Source of the DNA: an uncultured Chloroflexia bacterium
GTDB lineage: Bacteria > Chloroflexota > Anaerolineae > CG2-30-64-16
DNA: 64,000 nt
Direction of reading: 5' to 3'
Assembly: GCA_963810095.1 (NCBI GenBank)
Contig: CAWEMM010000006.1
Span: forward strand, 832,001-896,000
Both the position numbers and the translations under genes were made by a program. Under the pieces are notes generated by a model. The model was not told the origin of the DNA. It ran no database searches and was given only the letters and a program-made list of their open reading frames with translations. Within the stretch, counting starts at the first letter, position 1. Each line of letters opens with the position of its first letter. Positions 20,058 through 27,763 of the stretch are shown here, piece after piece.

Positions 20058-21630
20058 CTATTGAGATGAGCCAAGTACGGGCGCCAGGACCCCGGACGGC
20101 GGAACCTTCGCGCCGAGCCGTAGGGGCAGGCCTACGTCCGCGGTAGCGTAGACCGGGCGCCGGGCAAGCCAGCCTGGAATCAGCTCTTCGAGGCCGGTGA
20201 CGTCGTCTCCCGATGGTAACAGATCGGGGTGCCTCTCGGCAAGCGAACGCCGGTACCAATCGAAACCGAAGAGACTGACGTTGACTACAGCCACATCGGG
20301 CCGCGCGTTCAGCCCGTACACTCCGTACCACAATGCAAAGGTCTCGCGGTCGGCGGCGGTGAGGACGACAGCGTTCGGCGCGGCGTCTTGGGCGCTGTTC
20401 GCCGTGGCCCGGGCCGCCAGGTCGTCCGCGGGGCTGTGCTGCTGCCACCGCCCCGCGATGGGGCCAACCACCAGCGCGGCGGCTGCGACGACGTGCGAGA
20501 GCGGCTGCCGGGCGGGGCTTGAGCGCTGCCAGGAGGCCGTCGAGTCCGGCGGCCAGCCACAGCGCCATAACGGCGAAGGCGGGAATCAGGTAAACGTCCG
20601 AGTCGGTCGAGTTGTACCCGATCGCGTAGATCGCGAACGCGGCCCAGATCAGCAGCGTGGTCAGCCACCACTGGGGCAGCCGCCGCTCGAGCCGCCACAG
20701 CCCGCCCAGCGCCACGACCAGGCCCCAGGGGAGGAATTGGCCCGCGGTTGTGGAGACCCAGCCGGCCAGCCGCGGGCAGCTCGGCCAGCGGCAGGCCGAA
20801 GACCAGCGGCGCGTAGAGCCTGCCGGTGACGACCCAGAGGAATCGATCCGGGGTCACCGGGTCGCCCCAGTTGATCGGCGGACGGCCCGACGCGGCGAGG
20901 GGCAGGTAGGCGTAGACCAGCAGCCCGGCCAACACCGCGAGCCCCGCCGCGCCCAGGTCGCGGGCCAGTCGCTTCCGCCCGCGGCCTTTCAGCCAGATCC
21001 ACGCGGCGAGCCCGGGCACCACGAGAGCGATCGTGATGTGGTTGCCAAGTCCAAGGCCGAGCGTTAGGCCGGCCAGCGCAAGCCAGTGCGCGGCCGGGCG
21101 GCCGGCGTCGACCGCTTCTCCCCACCGCCATGCCAACCACAACAGACAGACGCAGAGCAGCGCGTTGAGTGCATACACCTCGACGATGGTGGCCTGCCCC
21201 CAGACGAGGGGCGAGGCGGCCCACGCGAGCCCGCCGAGCAGCGCAGCAGCAGCCGCCGCGCCCGGTCGCGACCCTCCGGTCCGCCAGGGTCCGCCGGGCC
21301 AGGTCGACGAGCAGGGCCGACCGCCAGCGCCGCGCAGAGCGCGGACAACCAGGCCCCGGCCCGGGCGGGTTCGCCGCCGGCGAGCGCGACGAATGCTCGC
21401 AGAAGCAGCTCGTAGGTGGGGTAGCCGGTGGGATGCGGGACGCCGCCGGTCAACGCAGCTGCGAGCAGGTCACCGCCGTCGGCCCCGTTGTGCGCCCACG
21501 TCAAGCCGGGCGGCAACGTCGCGGCATACAGCGCGAGCGCAGGGCACCGCCCAGCATCGGAGCGAGGATTGCGGCGGTCCGCGGGCGGGTCACGCGCGGA
21601 CCGCGCCGGGTCGACCAGGGTTGGCTGCAC
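20058..21630 (-). CDS. DUF2723 / TMEM260-like GT-C glycosyltransferase (several frameshifts)
   Basis: YAATLPPGLTW..DGGDL..GVPHPTGYPTY, EVYALN, GLGNH, YAYLPL..PPINWGDP, DSDVYLIP, FALWY..RPDV motifs over successive frames. Confidence 0.82.
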
Positions 21631-21686
21631 GAACTGGCTACCTTATGGGAGGGATGCGCAGCCGCAACCGCTGCAACTGGCCACGC

Positions 21687-22374
21687 TTACCGCAGGCTCC
21701 CTCCAGTGGCAGGCAGCTGCGCCGGGGGCAGCCCAAGCGTAAGCGAGGCCGTCCGGGGCGGGCAGCCCGCCGCCGCTGCGCTCGCGCGGGCGCTGATGGC
21801 CTTCTCCGGACCCGTCGCCACAACGCGTGCGGAGTAGACCGCCTGCAGCCGGGCGCCTGGGTCGAGCGTGGGCGCGGACACGCGCAGAGTCCGGTCCTGC
21901 CACGTGCCGTTGCCGCTCAGGACGGCCACGGGCTCGAGGCCCGAGGCAAGCACATCTTCGAGCACGACGTCCCTGAACTGCTGCCGCGTCGTATTGGTCG
22001 AGCGTCGCGGTGAAGACGACGGTCGCGCCCGGCCACACGGCCTCACGGTCGGCGACCAGCTTCAGCGCCGATGCGGGCGGGCAGGCGGCGGACGTGGGCG
22101 CGGGCGCGGCGGGCGCAGGCGTGCTGCCGGGCACCGCAGGAACCTGGGTCGCCTGCGGACCTGAGGTGGGCGGCGCACCCGTGGGCGGCACGGCCGTATT
22201 GGCCGGCGGCTCGGTAGGCGAAATGGGCAGCGGTGTTGGCGTGCGGGTCGGAATCGTCTGCAACCATTCAGACTGACCGGGCGTCGCCCAGGCGGCCGGT
22301 GCCGCAAGCGCCGCGAGCAGTAGCACCGCACCTATGGCTCCATAGGCGAGAAAGCGCCATGTTCGTTTCATCAT
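21687..22374 (-). CDS. Secreted PT-rich, DUF11-like protein ending in LPATG (frameshift near 22000)
   Basis: Signal peptide (AWA), Pro/Thr linker, ADREAVWPGATVVFT..TN..DVVLEDVL, C-terminus LPPAQLPATGGSLR*. Confidence 0.75.
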
Positions 22375-22414
22375 GCCAACCTCCTGCCGGAACGCCGTGC
22401 ACGGCGCCCGGCCC

Positions 22415-23340
22415 TTACTTCTCCGGACGGGCAATCACCACCAGCCGGTGAGTGTTATTGGTCGGCGGCCAACAGGTAATGAGCGTGACCCGTTCGTCGC
22501 CCGTCGGCTGGATGTATTGCGCGTTGATTTCCCGCTGCTGCTGCGAGATGCCGGTGTCCTTCAGACGATAGAAATCGGTGATAACGTACTTATACTGCGT
22601 CCCCGAAGCGTCGATAGAGGAAGACTTCACGGCCGTCCAATGCGTCCGACTTGTCGGTGTAGTTGTCGACCTTCACCCGGCCATCGTTCTTCCAGGCCTG
22701 GCTGATCGGCATGAACACCTTCCCGTAGATGTTGTTGTGGCCCGAGATCACCAGGTTGCTCGCCTTGACCGATGCCCGCGCTGTTGAGGTGGTGGCCGGC
22801 GACGTTCTTGGGAATCACCCATTGCGAGACCGGCCCCGAGTTCGTCTGGACCACCTCCCAACCCATCTCCACCACGGGGGTGTCGATCTTCAGGTCGGGA
22901 ATGCTCAGCCGGACAGGAAGCACGGGCGCCGGCGCCGCCGTCGGCGAGGCCGTGGCCGTCGCCGGGACAGACGTCGGTGTCCGAAGTGGAGCAGCCGTCG
23001 TTGCGCGGCGAGTTGCGGGCGCGGCCGGCGAGGGCGCGGGGCTTGCAGGCAAGGTCGCGCTCCGGGTCGAGGTTGGAGCCGGTTTGGCCGAGGCCAACTC
23101 CGCGGCCGGAGTGCCCGCCATGGGGGCGCCCCCTGCCACCCTAGTGCTTGCGGGAGCAGCCAGTTCCAGCGCCATGCGCGTCGCCCGCGCCGACGCGGCC
23201 GCCGAGCCTTGCTCCAATTCAGACCGCACCTGCGCGGCCTGCACCTCAGTCCAGGCGAAATACCCCGCCACGATCAGTATCAACAGCAGGCCGATCCCCA
23301 TCAGGACCGTGCCGACGTTCCGAGTGCCATTCCGTCCCAT
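22415..23340 (-). CDS. Sortase (class D/F-like) with PT-rich linker (frameshifts near 22755 and 22630)
   Basis: N-terminal TM, PVRLSIPDLKID, VISGHNN (His), VTLITCWP (TLxTC), HRLVVIA (Arg). Confidence 0.9.
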
Positions 23341-23500
23341 TAGCAGCCTCAACCCGGCGACCTCGCGGCCCGCCGGCAAGTCAAATACGCGAGAGCATTA
23401 TAGCTTAACGCCCGGGTGTTCCACAACGATACGCGCCCGTGGCGGCGCGGGGCAGTCGAACATTTGACGATAACCCGGGGATATTTGGGGATACGTTCTA

Positions 23501-23529
23501 TTGCCGAACGCGAACAGCTGTGCTATTCT
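23501..23529 (+). promoter_or_regulatory. sigma70 promoter of the FtsK-domain operon
   Basis: TTGCCG (23501-23506), 17-bp spacer, extended -10 TGcTATTCT. Confidence 0.6.
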
Positions 23530-23551
23530 GTGGCTTACGAACAGCTGTACT
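23511..23551. promoter_or_regulatory. Tandem LexA (SOS) box-like sites
   Basis: CGAACAGCTGTGCT (23511-23524) and CGAACAGCTGTACT (23538-23551); each has one mismatch to GAAC-N4-GTTC. Confidence 0.7.
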
Positions 23552-23623
23552 AGTCATACCGTCAGGAGGGCGCGTCGATCCAGTGGCATGGAGCCGCGGG
23601 GCCGGCGTTTGGGAGCGTGAGCA

Positions 23624-24733
23624 ATGGCCAACAAGTACGAACTGCAGGCGGCACGCATCGAGACGGTGCTCGGCGCACACAAGGTGCCGGCGCGCGTGTG
23701 GCAGGCAAAGGTTACGCCCCGGTTCGTACGTTTCGACATCACGACGGCCGTCGGTACCCGCCTTACCAAGGTCAGCAACCTGGCGGAGGAACTCGCATTT
23801 TCGCTTGGCGTCCGCTCGGCCCGGGTCTACCGCGAGGGCGGCGTGCTCCACGTGGAGGTGCCGCGCGACTCCCCCAGGGCGGTAGACCTGGCCGAAATGT
23901 GCGGGACGCTGCCGGCGATGCCTCCGTACTGCGGCGTCCTGGGCATCGACGAAGGCGGCGCTCCGCTCCTGGTGCGGCTCGATAGCCCCGACGTAGCGCA
24001 CTTGCTTCTTGCCGGCACGACGGGCAGCGGCAAGACGGTTCTCCTGCGCACGCTGCTCGCCTCGCTCGCGATGCACAACCATCCCGGCATGCTGCAGTTG
24101 GCCCTGATCGACCCCAAAGGACGCGGTTTCGGGCCGCTGGGCGCCCTGCCCCACGTGTGGCGGGGCGGGGGCGTCGTCCAGGAACCCTCGGCCGCGGCCG
24201 ATCTCCTTGCCGCGCTCGTCGGCGAGATGGAGCGGCGGGATCGCGTCAATCGGAGCCTGCCGCGGATCATCGTCGCGATAGATGAGCTGGCCGACCTGCT
24301 GCAAAGCGGCGGGAAGAGCGTCGGGGAGTCCCTTCAACGGCTGACGCAGCGCGGGAGGGAGGCGGGCCTACACGTCGTCGCCGCGACGCAGCGGCCCGCA
24401 GCAACCCTGGTCGGCGGGCTGGTGAAGGCAAACTTCCCCGTTCGCCTCGTCGGCAGCGTCGTCAGCGCCGAGGACGCCAAGGTCGCGTCCGGCATCGGCG
24501 GCTCGAACGCCGAGCGGCTGCTGGGCCGCGGCGATTTCCTGCTCGTGGCGAAAGGACAGGTCATCCGCTTCCAGGCAGCCTACGCCGACGCCCGAGAACT
24601 GGCCGGCCTGGTAGCGCAGGTTCGGGCCGGCGGGCGCCGGCGCCGGGCGTGGCAGGCCCAGGCCTCGCGGCTAGCGTCGACTCCCCTACTGCCGGCCGGG
24701 AGCCAGAACGCAACGGGTTCGGGCGGCGGGTAG
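23624..24733 (+). CDS. FtsK/SpoIIIE motor-domain protein (alpha+beta only)
   Basis: Alpha domain (VTPRFVRF..EELAFSLG..HVEVP), GTTGSGKT, IDPK, IDELAD, GREAGLHVVAATQRP, AERLLGRGDFL; no N-terminal TM, no gamma domain. Confidence 0.9.
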   Translation: MANKYELQAARIETVLGAHKVPARVWQAKVTPRFVRFDITTAVGTRLTKVSNLAEELAFSLGVRSARVYREGGVLHVEVPRDSPRAVDLAEMCGTLPAMPPYCGVLGIDEGGAPLLVRLDSPDVAHLLLAGTTGSGKTVLLRTLLASLAMHNHPGMLQLALIDPKGRGFGPLGALPHVWRGGGVVQEPSAAADLLAALVGEMERRDRVNRSLPRIIVAIDELADLLQSGGKSVGESLQRLTQRGREAGLHVVAATQRPAATLVGGLVKANFPVRLVGSVVSAEDAKVASGIGGSNAERLLGRGDFLLVAKGQVIRFQAAYADARELAGLVAQVRAGGRRRRAWQAQASRLASTPLLPAGSQNATGSGGG

Positions 24734-24836
24734 GCCGGAGGGACCGCCTCGCTCACGCGGGGTTGGAGGTTTTTCCGGCCGGCCGCCGCCGTGCCCCTAG
24801 AAACGGAGAACGTCTTTCCGGTTTGGAGAGTTCGTA

Positions 24837-25232
24837 GTGAAACGATTGGTACCCTTAATCTTGCTCGGTTTCGGCGTCGCCCTTGCGATCGTCATCGGGC
24901 AGCGGATGAGCACCGACGCAATGGCCGTGGTCATTGGCGTTGCGGTGGGCGTGGCCGCCAGTGTGCCCACGAGCCTGCTGCTGATTGCGCTGCTACGACG
25001 GGAACGCCAGTCTGCGCGTCCGGAGATGCCACACGACATGCCCTACGGGGCCTATCCGCCGGCGCTCCCGCAGCAGCCGAATGTCATCGTGCTGGATCCC
25101 AGCCAGCTTGCGGGGATGCGGGGCGCGCAGATGCATACGCCGCTGCCTCCACCAGAGTATGCGCCCGACGGTGGCATGCGCCGCCTGAGGGTCGTCGGGT
25201 CTGACGACGAATGGAACGGCCGGGAGTGGTAG
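24837..25232 (+). CDS. Small membrane protein (2 TM, Pro-rich tail) of unknown function
   Basis: Two hydrophobic segments flanking QRMSTDAMAV; tail ending RRLRVVGSDDEW; GGAGAG RBS. Confidence 0.75.
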   Translation: MKRLVPLILLGFGVALAIVIGQRMSTDAMAVVIGVAVGVAASVPTSLLLIALLRRERQSARPEMPHDMPYGAYPPALPQQPNVIVLDPSQLAGMRGAQMHTPLPPPEYAPDGGMRRLRVVGSDDEWNGREW

Positions 25233-25283
25233 CGCATCGGGTGCGCTTCGCCCGCCGGGATCGTGATCACAGGAGGTTCTCGT

Positions 25284-25616
25284 ATGGCCGAAACCATCAA
25301 TGAAGTGCGGGTCTGGATGGCTCCGGACGGGTTCTATCCCCAGGCATTCCGCTGGGCAGGTCGCGATGTCCGGGTGCTCTCGGTCGAGGGTATACGGACG
25401 TGCGGGCCTGAGCGGCGCTTCAGCGTGCGCACGGTGGAGGGGGTTTACGAGCTGACCCAGGACACCCGGGCACACTTGTGGCGCATGCGGCGCAGCCCGA
25501 CCTGGTTCAGCCGGACGCTCGCTCACCTGGCCCAGGAGCCCCGCTATACGCTGCCCCCGTCGAGCCGGCGGGCCGGGCACCGGGGCCGCTCGCGGCTGCC
25601 TCGCACCTCAGTCTGA
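25284..25616 (+). CDS. Small protein, DUF6504-like
   Basis: P.AFRWAGR..RV..V...F.V.T..GVYEL..D....W pattern; AGGAGG RBS. Confidence 0.6.
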   Translation: MAETINEVRVWMAPDGFYPQAFRWAGRDVRVLSVEGIRTCGPERRFSVRTVEGVYELTQDTRAHLWRMRRSPTWFSRTLAHLAQEPRYTLPPSSRRAGHRGRSRLPRTSV

Positions 25617-25652
25617 CGCTGTGGCTTGCGAGAGGCGAACCAGGAGGGACGT

Positions 25653-25889
25653 ATGCAGGCAGGGTTGTTGTGGTTCGATAGCGATCCGACGCGTCCGCTG
25701 GCGGCCAAGGCAACGGCCGCCGCTGAACGGTTTACCGAGAAGTTCGGCGTCTTGCCCGACGTGTGCTACGTCAATGCGCGCTCGCTGAAGGAGGAGGAAG
25801 TGGTGATTCCCTTTCACGAGGGCAAGCTGCGACTGACGCCGGCCAGCAACATCCTCGTGAACCATTTCTGGATTGGCTGCGGGAATTGA
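25653..25889 (+). CDS. Small hypothetical protein (GLLWFD..KFG..PDVCYVN..NHFWIG)
   Basis: AGGAGG RBS; coherent ORF at the end of the operon. Confidence 0.7.
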   Translation: MQAGLLWFDSDPTRPLAAKATAAAERFTEKFGVLPDVCYVNARSLKEEEVVIPFHEGKLRLTPASNILVNHFWIGCGN

Positions 25890-25981
25890 GGTGTGCAGAC
25901 GCTAGGGCTTATGCAGATGTGCCGGTTGCTGGGGGACCGTCTCGTAGGTTATCCATGCAACCGGCCGGCTGGCGCAATCTG

Positions 25982-27049
25982 TTAGCCGGTCATAAGCTCG
26001 GCTAGAAGCACGTCCATCGCCTCGCGGTCGCTGAGCTTCCCGGTCTTGACCGCCTCGTCGGCCGCGAGTATATGCCCCAGCGCGTTTTCCAGGCGGGCGA
26101 AACTGTGGCGGTTTGCCTGGCTGACCATTCCCGACATCTTCCACTCGAAAATCCCGAGCGTTCGGGCGATCTCGGATTGCTTTGTCCCGGCCGCCTGCAG
26201 CGCCTTGAGTTGCAGCAGTTGGCGGTAGTGCCGTGCGATCATCGCCAGCAGGCGCAGCGGCGGCTCGCCGTCGATATCGAGGGCATGCGTCATTAGCCGG
26301 CTCGCAACGGCTCCATTCCCCGCGCCCAGGGCATCTACCAGGTCGAACACGCTGGCCACCCGGGTGGCCGGCACGAGCTTCCTCACGTCCTCCCGCGTCA
26401 CCGCCCGACCCCGGGCGTAATCGCCAAGCTTGATCAGCTCCTGGTCCAGCTGCCGCAGCTCGTCGCCCACGAACTCCGCCAGGTCCATCACCGCCGGCCC
26501 TTCCAGATTCACCTTTCGCAGCTGCGCGCGGTTCCGAATCCAGCCCGGCAGATCGTTCCGCTTCAGCTTCTCGCAGGTGATGATCTTCGCGCGCCCGTCA
26601 CGACTGAGGTCCTGCACCTTCCGGAATGCCTGGCCTGCCGCCACATCCTCCTCGACGAGGACAAGCAGCGTAAAGTCGGGAACCTGCTCCAGGTAGTTAA
26701 GAAAGGCCTTCACCTGCCCCTTCGGCAGCTCTGCCGGCGGGCTGTCCGCGTCGTCTGCAGCGCCCACCGCCTCGGCTGCCGCGCCGACCGCAGCTTCCGC
26801 CACCCGCGCTTTGCCTTTGGCCGGCGCGGCGAGGCGTGCGAGCAGGCCGTCGACGATGACCAGGCGCCGGTCGGCCAGGAAAGGCATGGTGCCGCACGCG
26901 TTCTCGAGTTCGCCGGCAGTCGCGATCCGGCCGTCGAGGCGCGTCGTGTTCAGATCGACCAGCTCAGGATCGTCCCCGCACGAGCGCGCCAACTCGTCCA
27001 GCGCTTCTGCGCGGAGGAGTTCGACCGGCCCGTGAATCAGGAAGATCAT
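25982..27049 (-). CDS. holA: DNA polymerase III delta subunit
   Basis: IFLIHG, MPFLADRRLVIV, DQELIKL..Y, SVFDLVDA, ADEAVKTG motifs. Confidence 0.9.
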   Translation of the reverse strand: MIFLIHGPVELLRAEALDELARSCGDDPELVDLNTTRLDGRIATAGELENACGTMPFLADRRLVIVDGLLARLAAPAKGKARVAEAAVGAAAEAVGAADDADSPPAELPKGQVKAFLNYLEQVPDFTLLVLVEEDVAAGQAFRKVQDLSRDGRAKIITCEKLKRNDLPGWIRNRAQLRKVNLEGPAVMDLAEFVGDELRQLDQELIKLGDYARGRAVTREDVRKLVPATRVASVFDLVDALGAGNGAVASRLMTHALDIDGEPPLRLLAMIARHYRQLLQLKALQAAGTKQSEIARTLGIFEWKMSGMVSQANRHSFARLENALGHILAADEAVKTGKLSDREAMDVLLAELMTG

Positions 27050-27124
27050 ATAGCCTTGCTCATGTGTGAGCCTGCCCACGTGGGCGTGTGCACGTTCGCG
27101 TGTGCAGTCCCGCGCTTGCCTAAA

Positions 27125-27240
27125 CCGATCTGCATCGGACGCTGATGTGGCTGATTATACTGATCTGCACTGTGCTCAGTGAAGAGATCGTGATGATCAA
27201 TCAGATCAGTTCAATCAGTGTCCAATTTCGGATCAGTTTA
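27125..27240. repeat. Intergenic CTGAT/ATCAG ~9-bp-period palindromic repeat
   Basis: ctgatgtggctgattatactgatct ... atcagatcagttcaatcagt; shares the exact 15-mer atcagttcaatcagt with 56242-56256. Confidence 0.6.
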
Positions 27241-27251
27241 GGTGCGGCCTG

Positions 27252-27737
27252 CTACCCGATCAGCACCCGGTGCCGCGTCACCGGGCCGTCTTGCTTGACG
27301 ATGCCCGTAATGCTCAGTCCTTCGACGTGAGGACTGGTGGTCACATTCTCCTGCATCCAACGGCCGGCCGGCACGGCCACGATCAGGGCCAGCGTTGCCG
27401 CCAGCAGGGAGGCCGGGATGCGGTCAGCCCAGGAGCGGTTGCGTCCGCTGACGGCCAGCGTCGCCGCCAGGCCGGAAAGCATGCCGGCGGTCACGAGGTT
27501 GGTCCCGCAGTTTGGATGCACGGCAAGGGCCGATTCGCCTGCCTGCAGCCGCGCCAGCGCCTCCGACGACGCCGCTTCCACAAGGCCGGAGTCTACGTCG
27601 CCAAACAGGATGAAGCCCTGGAGATCGCTCCGGCCCACAAGGGAGATGCCAGGCGCCCGCTGGCTCAGCAGCGTGACGGTTCCATGCTCGATCGCGTGAT
27701 TCTGTCGTAACATCTGCCCAAATGAACGCTTCGCCAT
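27252..27737 (-). CDS. DUF6391-like membrane protein
   Basis: RQNHAIEHGT, LAVHPNCGTN motifs, two TM segments. Confidence 0.75.
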   Translation of the reverse strand: MAKRSFGQMLRQNHAIEHGTVTLLSQRAPGISLVGRSDLQGFILFGDVDSGLVEAASSEALARLQAGESALAVHPNCGTNLVTAGMLSGLAATLAVSGRNRSWADRIPASLLAATLALIVAVPAGRWMQENVTTSPHVEGLSITGIVKQDGPVTRHRVLIG

Positions 27738-27763
27738 TACAGTCCTCTCTATCGCGCGCGGCT

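Noticed and set aside
18199-20715. 838-aa GT-C/DUF4012 fusion shown in the ORF track
   Set aside because: The N-terminal part is a frameshifted piece of the DUF2723 gene plus out-of-frame sequence; DUF4012 starts at ATG 20052
23624-24733. FtsK gene as part of an intact ICE, plasmid or type VII secretion system
   Set aside because: No integrase, relaxase, Rep, WXG100 gene or att-like repeats nearby; the flanks are a sortase and holA
24806-24819. Third LexA-like site (AGAACGTCTTTCCG) before the small membrane protein gene
   Set aside because: The right half-site has two mismatches and no clear promoter is visible; too weak to call
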